From Squalus acanthias (lineage: Eukaryota): DNA of 64,000 nt. Positions 8,441-20,292 of the stretch are shown here, piece by piece. Every line of letters starts with the position of its first letter. Position 1 is the first letter of the stretch. The translations under genes and the position numbers were made by a program. The DNA is taken from contig JASTWF010000035.1 in the NCBI GenBank assembly GCA_030390025.1, forward strand, positions 310,001 to 374,000, written 5' to 3'. The notes under the pieces are model-generated. The model did not search any database. It saw only the letters and a program-made list of their open reading frames with translations, and had not been told where the DNA came from.

Positions 8441-10792
8441 ATGGAACGAATTCTAGTATTGCTCGTGGCAATCGGATGTGGATTGGCCTATCGAGGCCGC
8501 ACCAAGGATGTCGTGGTGTTTGGATGTTCCGGGGACACGGCCCCCATCGCGGTGGATGGGACCGGAAGACGGGAGGCAGAGGAGACCAGCACCTATTTCC
8601 ACAAGGGAAGGTGGCCAGGATGGCTGGGAACGAACTCAACGGAGTATTCTAGCACATCGGGGTTTGCCTACCAAGAGACTTCTTTACTGTGCCCCAAAGT
8701 AAGGATCATCGCACCCAGGATCAGCGTCACCGTCGGCAAACGGATTTGTTTGACTTGTAGTGGGAAGGTCCCATTGAGCCGATGGTGGTGGCTGCGAAAG
8801 CTGAGCAAAACTATGAGAAACTCTTCGGTCGAGTGGGAACGACTGGGTAATAATACCCATCGGACAATTACGGGGACAGACGGACAAGTGAAAGTCTGTT
8901 GGGACAAATGGTGGGAACCGGATGAGGGAATTTATGTATGTATGTGGGGGTCAAAGTACGTTTGCCCCAAAGGCATCTCCATATTTTTTATTAATCAGTG
9001 GCAGGATAACGGACAGGGGATGAGGTGGGATGCGAGCACCAGGGGGTGCGGAGCCCCATTCTCCCCGATCCCAGTAAATGCCACTGAACTCATTACGCGC
9101 CCACGCAAAGCCCCGCCCACGATTCCGGTGGTTCTAGCGGAGGAAGAAGGGTGCCCTAAAACTAGTAAGGGACCCAGGAATGGTTTGGTACTGGTCCCCA
9201 CAGACCAGATACTATTTCAGGGGGTACATTACGCGGTGGCCTCGGTGATTTTAAATCTCACTGAGGTACGGTTACCAGAGTGGTGCCCCAAAAAGACGGA
9301 ACAGTTGTATCAGGTACTGTTGACCAAGATGTTCAGACAATTTTACGAATTCGATTTTGCAGAAATTGATAAAACAAGTTTGTACACCGCACCACAGGAA
9401 GTTTTGGATCAAGTAGGGAGGCAAAGAAGGGGTTTGGTGAACGTTGCGTTCACTGCTTTTAACACGGGTACATCTGTGGTCAACGCTCTAGACAGTGTGG
9501 AGCTGCAGACCCAGATTAATGGTTTAAAGACACAGTTAAAAGACATTCTAACAGATGAGAATAAAGTGGTAGGGTCAGGTCTACACGAGGACCAAGCCAT
9601 GACTCTCCATTTAAAGGAAATTATAGCAGAGCTGGAGAAACATGCGCGTACGGTAAATGCCCTGATCAGGGAAGATCGGAATGCATCCGATCAAGCTGCG
9701 CAGAACGAGGTGTGCGTGCTTTACGGGGCGTGGTTACTGGGCGAGGGCCGCAGTAATTTGGAGGATTTAAAACAAGGTTTGGTTCCGTCCTGGATAAGTA
9801 ACAAACACCTACGGGCGCTCCACCCTTTTCAGAACGCATTAAGTCCGTGCCAGCTCAGGCTAGCTTCAGAAGCTTACCCAGTCCCCGTGGACTGCGGACG
9901 ATCAAACCATACTATTATGGGAATAGTATTACGCATGCCGGTTTTGGGCGACACAGCAAAGCCCGCCCCGGTGTATCGGGTAGAGAACATTGGTGTCATT
10001 CAGGGGGGAGCCCACATTCGTTATGCAGCGGTTCCACCTTACGTCATCCGCTGGGAGCAAACGATGACAGGTACAGATCTCTCTGGTTGTCGTGGCAGGG
10101 GAGCACACATAATACTGTGCCCCCAGCACTTGAATGCCTTTTTAACACCACAGTGCGGGTTCAGAACGGCTGGCGCCAAGTCCATGAATTGCACCATGGA
10201 GGCAATGGCACAAGATCATGTGCCTCCGCAGGTAGCATACATCGGGGGTGGAACATATTGTGTTACCACTGCAGCGCCACACTACCAGCATGGAAACCGT
10301 AGCCGGTGTCCGGTGAGTGACAGCAGTTTCTGTTTTAAACCCAGGGCTGAAGTTCAAGTAGCACAACAGCGAATTATCCCAATCCCTGAACCATCCACTG
10401 TTCATCTCACAGTAAAAGAGAATTTCACCGACTTGCAGCGATTTGTCGCGCATTTTGGATACCTCATTCCCCCTCTCCCTGAACACTTAACCAAACTTCT
10501 GAAAGCCGTCGCGGTATCACAGAAACATTTTTATACATTAGAGCAGAAAACTGTCGAAATAGGAACAGACATTCTGGACATAGTAGTTCCACCGTGGTGG
10601 AATCTGTTCACTAATATTGAAGTGCCTTCATGGATCAGAATAGCCTCCCACATTTTAGTCGTATGTCAAGTGTTTATTGTAGTGTACCTATTGGTCGTGC
10701 ATTGTAAAAGAGACAAACGCCTCACCAAGCATGAAAACACGGGAGAGTGGCGAGAACGTTACGTGCGCGTGCACGATGAGAGCACCGTGTAA
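8441..10792 (+). CDS. env: Envelope/fusion glycoprotein (783 aa) with an N-terminal Ig-like domain
   Basis: Signal peptide MERILVLLVAIGCGLA, multiple N-x-S/T sequons and furin site RQRR (9419-9430). These are followed by an apolar fusion peptide, a heptad repeat, a Cys-rich region, a TM segment near 10631-10705 and a short basic tail. Confidence 0.9.
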   Translation: MERILVLLVAIGCGLAYRGRTKDVVVFGCSGDTAPIAVDGTGRREAEETSTYFHKGRWPGWLGTNSTEYSSTSGFAYQETSLLCPKVRIIAPRISVTVGKRICLTCSGKVPLSRWWWLRKLSKTMRNSSVEWERLGNNTHRTITGTDGQVKVCWDKWWEPDEGIYVCMWGSKYVCPKGISIFFINQWQDNGQGMRWDASTRGCGAPFSPIPVNATELITRPRKAPPTIPVVLAEEEGCPKTSKGPRNGLVLVPTDQILFQGVHYAVASVILNLTEVRLPEWCPKKTEQLYQVLLTKMFRQFYEFDFAEIDKTSLYTAPQEVLDQVGRQRRGLVNVAFTAFNTGTSVVNALDSVELQTQINGLKTQLKDILTDENKVVGSGLHEDQAMTLHLKEIIAELEKHARTVNALIREDRNASDQAAQNEVCVLYGAWLLGEGRSNLEDLKQGLVPSWISNKHLRALHPFQNALSPCQLRLASEAYPVPVDCGRSNHTIMGIVLRMPVLGDTAKPAPVYRVENIGVIQGGAHIRYAAVPPYVIRWEQTMTGTDLSGCRGRGAHIILCPQHLNAFLTPQCGFRTAGAKSMNCTMEAMAQDHVPPQVAYIGGGTYCVTTAAPHYQHGNRSRCPVSDSSFCFKPRAEVQVAQQRIIPIPEPSTVHLTVKENFTDLQRFVAHFGYLIPPLPEHLTKLLKAVAVSQKHFYTLEQKTVEIGTDILDIVVPPWWNLFTNIEVPSWIRIASHILVVCQVFIVVYLLVVHCKRDKRLTKHENTGEWRERYVRVHDESTV

Positions 10793-10799
10793 CCGGAAA

Positions 10800-10973
10800 A
10801 TGGCGTCACTCCCGCTCGCCGCGTGCGCCGCGGAAGTTTGTACTCATATAAGATTTTCAGAGATTGTAAATACGTTGGAAACTCGACATGTTTTAAGAGT
10901 TGGGGTTTTGATTATTTTGGTGATGGTGTTGATTGTTTGGTTTTGGGTTTTGTTTTTTCCTTTCCCTGAATAA
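10800..10973 (+). CDS. Candidate 57-aa small membrane protein (accessory ORF)
   Basis: ATG in AAAATGG context 7 nt after the env stop, with C-terminal hydrophobic run VGVLIILVMVLIVWFWVLFF. Only one copy is visible, and T-rich DNA can mimic this. Confidence 0.35.
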   Translation: MASLPLAACAAEVCTHIRFSEIVNTLETRHVLRVGVLIILVMVLIVWFWVLFFPFPE

Positions 10974-11224
10974 AAGACAAATATACAGGTGATACGAGAG
11001 GCATCGGCCTGGTTACGCCGGGAAGGAAAACAAGTGGTGTAAGTTTAAGGGCAAATAATGCCTACGGTGATATAAAATGTAATTTTCTTGGGAAATAAGG
11101 ACGACACAGAGACCCTAGCTAGGTTAAAGTTATGGGATTAATTTGCTGGATTCGGAGGAAAATCGAGATAATATTGCTCACCACTATGATTTTTGATACG
11201 ATAAGCGGAGTTATTCGCATCAAC

Positions 11225-11232
11225 AGGAGGGA
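11225..11232 (+). other. Short polypurine tract
   Basis: AGGAGGGA, 1 nt before the 3' LTR. Confidence 0.7.
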
Positions 11233-11233
11233 C

Positions 11234-12957
11234 TGTAGAATTCGCAATATATCGCGATTTGATTAATAAGGAGAAAAACACAGAGTTTCGTTCAAACAGC
11301 TTTTATTTCAGCAGAATGCTGGCAGGTTTAAATTGGACACAAGCAGCCTGTAAAATGGCCGCCGCGCCTCGTGACAGAACATTCTAGACTTTTCAACAGG
11401 CAGACAAGATGGCGTTCCAATAAACATTTGTGCAAGATCGATTAAGATTCAGCACAGTGAAGATAATACACGAGACATTATGGGTTTGCAGTATAAACAT
11501 AGATACTGGAATCGGTCTCCCAGGTACAAAGGAAAGCCATTGTACCGAGTAATCAAGGGCCCATCCAAAAGACATTAATATGTAAAATCCCAACGACTCT
11601 ACGATGAGAGAGCCGTTAGCAGGTAGTTATACAGGACACTTGGAAGCCCCAAACCCCTCCAGGGAGAACACCGACCGATTTAACAATGGGAGAAATATTA
11701 ACAGGTACTCAGACATTTACGAGTAGCCCCGAAACCCATTAAGAACGGAGATCACCCATACAAGACATTTGGGCGCCAAACCCTAAACAAAAGAATGGAC
11801 ATTATAGTTGGGCGGGAAACGGAAGATTTTTGCACTATAATTGCAGGCTCCAAACCGTCCATTCTCTCTCTTGCTCTTGCATTCGCTCGCTTGCTCCTGT
11901 GCTTTTATCCGGTCGATTCGTAACCTCGTGGCTGCTCCTGTGTACTCGTAGTTGGGCTTCTGCTTGCCTGTTGCCTCTTCTGAAAAGACTGTTGAACTTT
12001 CTGATCCGTTCGGATCTACCTCGTGTCGCGTAACGAAGACCTATGTTGGTAACTGGCAGCGGAACCAAAGGCCCGAGATGAGATGAGATGAGATGAGATG
12101 AGATGAGAAGAGAGGAAGACCATATCCATCGCCACGGTCAGTAAATCCCGACCGCGCCTGTAGGTCGATTAGCCAAGTTTTCCTCGCCAGGAAGATTTCT
12201 CTTTTGAACTTTTAACAAAACATATTGCATCGACGATAACTGGACTGTGTCCAAGGAGACTGGAACGTGAAAACACATCGTATCGATGATATTGACAACT
12301 GTGCTCCAAGAGTACCTGTTAAGCCAACCAACACAGGTCTTCATCACAGCAGACGGTCCAGCCTGCTAGCCGGAGCAGCAGAAGCAAGTAAACAAGTGGG
12401 ACCAGGAGATCTCCTGACCGACACGTGGGTGCTGCGGTGAAAAACATCCGATCAGCTATTCGGAATTTCTCCGAGTTATCACGAGTGGTGAGCATGAGTC
12501 TCGAGATCCTACGAAGCTAGTTTAGGATAGATATTGATAGGGGAGGGTTTAAGGATTAAGGATATTTGTAATGTGTGCCCCTATTTACTTTGTGCCGTTC
12601 GTTCCTCGTTTCCCTAAGATCGACTATATAACTGTTTGTAAGATTGTACTGTCATTAATCTGTGCTTATGACATGTATTTCATAATCTTAAGTATCATGC
12701 AATAAAGATTTTCCATTTCGTACCATTCAAACCAAGTCTACATGAGTTTTATCTCCATTACTGCTCTCGCATCTAAGTCCAGTGTCTAGAACCGTAAGGG
12801 AGAGTGATTCGAACCACTCACAGGTGTGTCTAGTGTTCCCAGACTGGCTGGAGACCAGAACAGGCAACCAGGCCTAGACCCGCACTGACATACAGGCTGC
12901 ACAGAGCCGCGTGAATCTCACAGGCTGCGAGACACGCAGGGTCAGGAATCCCTTACA
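11234..12957 (+). repeat. 3' LTR of provirus A (1724 bp)
   Basis: Direct repeat of 109-1832, preceded by the PPT and followed by TSD GGCA. Confidence 0.97.
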
Positions 12958-13804
12958 GGCACCACTCTGGTAACCGCACCTCGGTGAGATTTAAAATCAC
13001 CGAGGCCACCGCGTAATGTACCCCCTGAAATAGTATCTGGTCTGTGGGGACCAGTACCAAACCATTCCCGGGTCCCTTACTAGTTTTAGGGCACCCTTCC
13101 TCCTCAGCTAGAACCACCGGAATCGTGGGTGGGGCTTTGCGTGGGCGCGTAATGAGTTCAGTGGCATTTACCGGGATCGAAGAGTATGGGGCTCCGCACC
13201 CCCTGGTGCTCGCATCCCACCTCATCCCCTGTCCGTTATCCTGCCATTGATTAATGAAAAATATGGAGATGCCTTTGGGGCAAGCGTACTTTGACCCCCA
13301 CATGCATACATAAATTCCCTCATCCGGTTCCCACCATTTGTCCCAACAGACTCTCACTTGTCCGTTTGTCCCCGTAATTGTCCGATGGGTATTATTACCC
13401 AGTCATTCCCACTCGACCGAAGAGTTCCTCATGTTTTTGCTCAGCTTTCGCAGCCACCACCATCGGCTCAATGGGACATTCCCATTACAAGTCAAACAAA
13501 TCCGTTTGCCGACGGTGACGCTGATCCTGGGTGCGATGATCCTTACTTTGGGGCACATTAAAGAAGTCTCTTGGTAGGCAAACCCCGATGTGCTAGAATA
13601 CTCAGTCGAGTTCGTTCCCAGCCATCCTGGCCACCTTCCCTTGTGGAAATAGGTGGTGGTCTCCTCAGCCTCCCGTCTTCCGGTCCCATCCACCGCGATG
13701 GGGGCCGTGTCCCCGGAGCATCCAAACACCACGACATCCTTGGTGCGGCCTCGATAGGCCAATCCACATCCGATTGCCGCGAGCAATACTAGAATTCGTT
13801 CCAT
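12958..13804 (-). pseudogene. env: env of provirus B, 5' part
   Basis: Starts MERILVLLAAIGC. CGA>TGA nonsense change at 13403-13405; interrupted by provirus A at 12957. Confidence 0.93.
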
Positions 13805-14106
13805 CCTTCCTTGGTTCCTGTGATCAGATAGAATGAGGTAGCCAGCCTCGCAAGAGTCTCTCTGGCTTTTGTGAAGGGTGAGCGGGTCCCCTGACCTCGC
13901 CTCACGTAAACTTCAACGTTCGCTGAATAAACTTTAACTAAACCTATCTCTAAAGCTCCCATCATTTTATCATTTTCTGTTAAAAATTAAACTACAAACT
14001 TAACCTTATTTAAAACTATAAACTTATTATTAACATTAAACTATAAACTTGGAAACCTATCCTAAACTTATTACTGTACAGCGCGCCCGTTCTCAGGGCG
14101 GCCCCT

Positions 14107-17100
14107 TTAAATTCTGAGAAGGCTGCTGCGAGCTCTTCCCGACGGTGGGAGGGCTCTGACCTTTTCCTCTGATCTGCCGCAGCCTGTTGCTGCACTGACC
14201 CCTTCCTCTGATCTGCCGCAGCCTGTAGCTGCACTGACCCCTTCCTCTGATCTGCCGCAGCCTGTTGCTGCTGCGATGGGACCGGGCTGTATCTGGGCTG
14301 CCTTAACCTTGAGTCTACGCCTTGGGACAGTCTGGGGCCATACCCACATCTTCCTGGGCTGGGGTTCTCTACTTGACCTACGGGGAGTTGTCGGGGGCAG
14401 GAATCCCAGGCCCGACGGACCGGGTTCCGAGACTTCCACCGGGACGACCTGTGGTTCCACCACAGTCGCTGGCTCCGCCTCCGCTGACTCCGCCTCCCTG
14501 ACCTCGGGACTTGCAGCTTGTGGCCCCGCCCTGCTCGGCCCAGCAGGCGGCCCTTCACTCGCGATCCCTGCCTCCCCCGAGGGCGGGACGTTCAAGGCGG
14601 GCGGCTCGGGCTCTGAGGTTCCCACCGTCACGCCCTGTGTTCCCACAGCGGCTGGTTCCGCCTCCCCTAGCTCCTCCCTCCTGTGTTCGGGACCTGCAGC
14701 TTGTGGCTCCGCCCTGCGCGGATCTCCATCTGCAGCCCCTGTCCTCCCTATACCTGAATTGGGGGCGACCCTTGCGTTCCCCAATTCCCACTCGTCTTCA
14801 TCACTATCCTCATCTGACTCCCAACCCCACAAAAATGTTTCACGATTTTCCAGGATGTCTCTTCCCCTGATGCAAGCTGCTTTGCCTGCCTGTGTGCCTT
14901 GTGGTCCTACCTGGGGCTGCGCGTCCCCACTCGCGGGGTTTACCCCTGTGGTTTTCCCTTGCGCACCTGGCTTGTACAGTTTGCACTGGTTTACATGGAA
15001 CCACTTAGTGCGCCGAGGTACCTTTACGGCGTATACCATGGGACTCGCCTTATCTACAATGTTGTAGGGTCCCATATACAGTGGTTCCAAACTCCCTACT
15101 CTGGCGTAGTTTCTGACCATGACCTGGTCTCCTACTTCCCACTCCCGCGTTTTGCGGGGTTCCAGCAACAGGCGATTGCCCTGATGCTGCCTTCCCATGT
15201 TCCCAGCCGCCTGCTCATAAACCTGCTTCAGGCGCTCCAAGAGGGTCTGGGCGAACTTGTCCCTGCTTATCTCTTGGAGCTGACCCTCAGTGAGCACCGG
15301 CGCTAGCACATGGGTGGGGGTTCGCATGAGCCTCCCAGTCATCACCTCGTGCGGGGAGTACCCCGTACTTTTTGACTGACTGGCCCGGACCCCCATGAGG
15401 ACTAAAGGCAGAACCTCCGCCCATTTTTGGGGCGAGTTCCTAGTCTCTTTCCTCAATTTTTCCTTCAGGGTCCGGTTCATGCGTTCAACAATCCCGGATG
15501 ACTGGGGATTGTGTGCTACGTGCCACTTCCCTTCAATGCCCAAAAGCATGAGGGTGTTCTGCATCACCTGGCCGGTGAAATGACTCCCTTGGTCTGACTC
15601 CACAAAACGGGGGAGTCCCCACCGCGAGAACACTTCCCGGACCAAGATTTTTGCAGTACCCAGTGCCGTAGCTGTTCGACAGGGGAAGGCTTCCACCCAC
15701 TTGGAAAACACATCCACCAAGACAAGGCAGTATTTATAGCCTCCCTGGGTGGTGGGCAGGGGCCCTATATAGTCGATCTGTATCGACTGCCATGGTCCCT
15801 CTACCCTTCTTACGTGTCCCATGGGCACTTTCCTTTTCTGGGGGTCTGGGTTGTTTGCAGCGCACACAAGACAGTTTGCACAGAACTCGCGGACCTGTTC
15901 CCTGAGCCCTGGCCACCATCCCGCTTGCTCTACCCTTTGCCAGGTAACCTCGGGCCTGGGGTGCCCTGCCCCTGGTCCCTCGTGAGCCAACTGGAGGAAT
16001 TCCCTCCTGTGCTGCTGCGGCACAACCCACTGCTCCTCGCGGAACAGCATGCCTTCCTTAACTGAGAGGGTTGCCGTACTGTACGGACCCTCTACCTGCT
16101 TCCCCTCAGCAATGGTTTTTAGGACTGCTTTTAGGGCGGGATCCTGGGTTTGGACGGTCTTAAGGTCTAGGGGCAATGCTACCCTGAAGTTCCCGGGATT
16201 CCCGTCCCTGCCTTGGATCGCTGCCATGGGTCTGGTCCCATAGGGGTCCCAGAAAATGCCGTTGCGGGCACCTTCCCTGGCTAGCGCATCCGCCTGCTGG
16301 TTGCCCTCCCCACGGGGCTCTGTGGAGGAGTGAGCCTTCACCTTATGGATGAAAATCTCCCCTTCCTCCCCTACTGCTGCTAGGATCTTTTCCAGCAAGG
16401 GCTTCACCGTTAAAGGTCGCCCGTCTGCGGAGGTGTATCCACGGCGGGACCAAATGGCCAGGTATTCCGTACACGAATTGCAGGTGAACATACTGTCCGA
16501 GCAAATCGTGTATGGGGTTGGGAAAATGTCTGGGTGGGTAACAACGTACACCACGGCAGACAGCTCAGCCTGCTGTGCGCTCATGGTGCTGGGGAGCTTG
16601 ATCGCCAGGGCAAGGTTTGCCGCAGGGTCATAAACTCCACACCCTGTGAGTCGTTCGCCAGCAGATACTGTGCTAGACCCATCAACATAAATCTCGCGCC
16701 CAGTGGGATGTATCCCGGCCCGCAAACCTATGTTGACGTCCCACACCCCTTCCACCGAACATCGGTGGGCTGTACCGGGGTATACCAAATTGGCCGCAAG
16801 CCTGGGCTCGCAAAGACCTTTTACTCTAAGATCCATCTGGGAAAGAAGAAGGGTCCAGCGCGCAATACGCACGCTGCTTACGGTCCCATCTTTAATCCTC
16901 CCATCTAGAAGCATCTTAGTTGGTGTGTGATGGGTGAGGAGAGTGATGGGAGAGAGCCCTGTGAAGATCGCTGATCTTTTCACAGCCCAATGCGTGGCTA
17001 AAAGGTGCCTTTTGCAATTGGAAAAGCTTCTCTCCACATCCGTTAACACCCTGGACGAATAGACAACCGGCCTCAGCTTGCCGTGACGCTCTTGGAGCAG

Positions 17101-18394
17101 CACAGCGCTCAAGCTGTCCCCGCTGGCAGCTACCTCCAGGAAAAACTCCTTCCCCCCATCTATGGCCCCTAAAGCTGGCGCGGTCTGCAGATCCCTTTTT
17201 AACTTCTCGAAGGCTGCTTGGCAGCCCTCGTCCCAAGACCACTCCACTCCCTTATGGAGGAGTCGGAGGAGCGGCGCCGCTGTGGCCGCATAGTCTTCGA
17301 TAAAATCCCTGCAGTAACCGGTCAGTCCCAAGAAGGACCTCACACCCCTTATGGTGTTGGGAATCGGTAACTCTTGCACCGACTCCCTCCTAGCTTTATC
17401 TATGGCTCTTTCCCCAGCGCGAATGGTCAGTCCCAGGAATTTTACTTCCTGCTGACCGATACGTGCTTTCTTAGGATTTACTTTAAAACCCTTTCTCGCT
17501 AGCAGCTCCAATAACTCGTCCAGCAGTGGTCCATGCTCCTCCCTTGAATCCGTAAATAGGAGCAAATCATCCACGTACTGCACTATCTGATTGGGCTGAC
17601 TAAACTCCTTTAAACTTCCTGCCATACACTGATGGAAAATACTGGGGCTGTTGTGGAAACCCTGTGGCAGACAGTTCCATGTGTACTGTTGTCCTTTGAA
17701 AGTAAAGGCAAACTTGTACTGGTCCTCTCGCCGCAGCGGGATGGACCAAAAACCGTTCGAGATATCCAGCACCGTGAACGTGGTCGCGGACGCTGGGATA
17801 CTCCCTATTAGGTCAGCAACTGCTGCTACCGTGGGCGCGCAGGCGGGAATGTTACTGTTAAGGACTCTGTAGTCCACCGTGGCCCTCCACGAATTATCCG
17901 GCTTCCTAACCGGCCATAATGGGGAGTTCACGTGTGTGGCTATCGGCCTCAACACGCCCTGCTGCACCAAGGAGGACATTGCTGTCTCCATATCGGGTTC
18001 TGCTTCTTTGGGGAAGTTATACTGCTTTTGGGGCCGGGTCATGGGGTCCCCATCTACGCTGACCTCAAACCCGGTAACCCTCCCACAATCGTGCTTGTGG
18101 GTTGCAAGCGCGTGCATGTTATCTGACACGTACGTTTGCATGTCCGTTGGGACATCTGCGACCATAAGCCCGAGGTCGTAGCCTCCGGATGGCTGCATGG
18201 TACACAGGACCCCTGTTTCTTCCTCCCCCGGAATTACCACTACCTCGCCTTTTTCACTCTTAGCCCCCCAGAGACAGTGATTTCTGAGGTCCACGAGGAT
18301 CCCGTGCCCCGATAGGAGATCGGACCCGAGGATACCTCTTCCACCCCCCTCCTGCCATTCCATCAGTATGCACTTCCACTTGACGTGCAGTGCC
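14107..18394 (-). pseudogene. pol: pol of provirus B, 3' part (end of PR, RT, RNase H, IN, tail); frame open but cut off from gag
   Basis: 1418-aa open frame highly similar to A Pol, with YVDD and DDE motifs intact. Confidence 0.93.
14164..14273 (-). repeat. 39-bp in-frame tandem triplication in the B Pol tail
   Basis: AATGCGRSEEGVS about 3 times in B versus one related copy in A. Confidence 0.9.
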
Positions 18395-20040
18395 TGTAAG
18401 GGATTCTCTCCTGACCCTGCGTGTCTCGTAGCCTGTGAGATTCACGCGGCTCTGTGCAGCCTGTATGTCAGTGCGGGTCTAGGCCTGGTCTCCAGCCAGT
18501 CTGGGAACACTAGACACCCCTGTGAGTGGTTCGAATCACTCTCCCTTACGGTTCTAGACACTGGACTTAGATGCGAGAGCAGTAATGGAGATAAAACTCA
18601 TGTAGACTTGGTTTGAATGGTACGAAATGGAAAATCTTTATTGCATGATACTTAAAATTATGAAATACATGTCATACGCACAGATTAATGACAGTACAAT
18701 CTTACAAACGGTTATAATCACTCTTAGGGAAACGAGGAACGAACGGCACAACGTAAATAGGGCACACATTACAAATATCCTTAATCTTTAAACCCTCCCC
18801 TATCAATATCTATCCTAAACTAGCTTCGTAGGATCTCGAGACTCATGCTCACCACTCGTAATAACTCGGAGAAATCCCGAATAGCTGATCGGATGTTTTT
18901 TTCACCGCAGCACCCACGTGTTGGTCAGGAGATCTCCTGGTCCCACTTGTTTACTGCTTCTGCTGCTCGGTCAGTCGGCTGGACCGTCCGCTGTAGTGAA
19001 GACCTCTGTTGGTTGGCTTCAAAGTATAATCGTGGAACACCGTTGTCAATATCACTGATACGATGTGTTTGCACAGTCCAGTTATCATCGATGCAATATG
19101 TCTTGTTAAAGAAGAACACTTCCTGTCGAGAAGACTTGGCTGATCGACCTACAGGCGCGGTCGGGATTTACTGACCGTGGCGATGGATATGGTCTTCTTC
19201 TCTTCTCCTCTCATCTCATCTCATCTCATCTCGGGCCTTTGGTTCCGCTGCCAGTTACCAACATAGGTCTTCTTTACGCGACACGAGGTAGATCCGAACG
19301 GATCAGAAAGTTCAACAGTCTTTTACACAGGAGCAGCCACGAGGTTACGAATCGACCGGATAAAACACAGGAGCAACCACGAATGCAGGAGCACGCGAGC
19401 GAGAGGCAAGAGTCAAGAGAGCGAATGGACGGTTTGGGGCCTGCAATTATAGTGCACAATTCTTCCGTTTCCCGCCCAACTATAATGTCCATTCTTTTGT
19501 TTAGGGTTTGGCGCCCAAAATGTCCTGTATGGGTGATCTCCGTCCTTAATGGGTTTCGGGGCTACTCATGAATGTTTGAGTACCTGCTAATATTTCTCCC
19601 ATTGTTAAATCGGTCGGTGTTCCCCCTGGAGGGGTTTGGGGCTTCCAAGTGTCCTGTATAACTACCTGCTAACGGCTCTCTCATCGTAGAGCCGTTGGGA
19701 GTTTACATATTAATGTCCTTTGGATGGGCCCTTGATGGCTTTCCTTTGTACCTGGGAGACCGATTCCAGTATCGATGTTTATACTGTAAACCCATAATGT
19801 CTCGTGTATTATCTTCACTGTGCTGAATCGTTATCGATCTTGCAAAAATGTATAATGGAACGCCATCTTGTCTGCCTGTTGAAAAGTCTAGAATGTTCTG
19901 TCACGAGGTGCGGCGGCCATTTTACAGGCTGCTTGTGTCCAATTTAAACCTGACAGCATTCCGCTGAAATAAAAGCTGTTTTGAACGAAACTTTGTGTTT
20001 TCTCCTTATTAATCAAATCGTGATAATTGCGAATTCTACA
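18395..20040 (-). mobile_element. Solo LTR C (1646 bp) inserted in the protease region of provirus B
   Basis: Complete LTR with TGTA...TACA ends, flanked by TGCC at 18391-18394 and 20041-20044. No adjacent PBS or PPT. Confidence 0.95.
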
Positions 20041-20292
20041 TGCCCCCAAACGAATGGACAGCGGAAAGGAGAACGCGCCAGCCTGTTCTTTTCCCGTGAA
20101 CCCCGCTAATGTGAATGGAACCTTGGTAGATAGCGGTGAGTCAAAAGGACTATCTGTATGAATCACGGTGCAAGAAGCTCCCGTGTCCAACAAATAACTA
20201 CCCTTCTGTTTCTCTACCTCCATTTCCACCAGGGGTCGCTTCCACGCATCATAGCTGAGCGGACACAGGTAGACGGGCTGCGCGGGCTCTAG
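20041..20292 (-). pseudogene. pol: pol of provirus B, 5' part (protease active site)
   Basis: LLDTGAS in frame after the gag TGA-CTAG; runs into the solo LTR. Confidence 0.92.

Larger units (their letters stand above)
109..12957 (+). mobile_element. Provirus A: full-length endogenous retrovirus-like element (LTR-gag-pol-env-LTR), probably lokiretrovirus-like
   Basis: Direct repeats 109-1832 and 11234-12957 (constant offset 11125) with TGTA...TACA termini. 4-bp TSD GGCA at 105-108 and 12958-12961. PBS, PPT and uninterrupted gag, pol and env ORFs. Confidence 0.97.

Noticed and set aside
12958..20040. A separate gag-less element with 18395-20040 as its own 5' LTR
   Set aside because: The LTR is flanked by a TGCC duplication, lacks a PBS, and its removal restores the protease frame, so it is a solo LTR inside provirus B.
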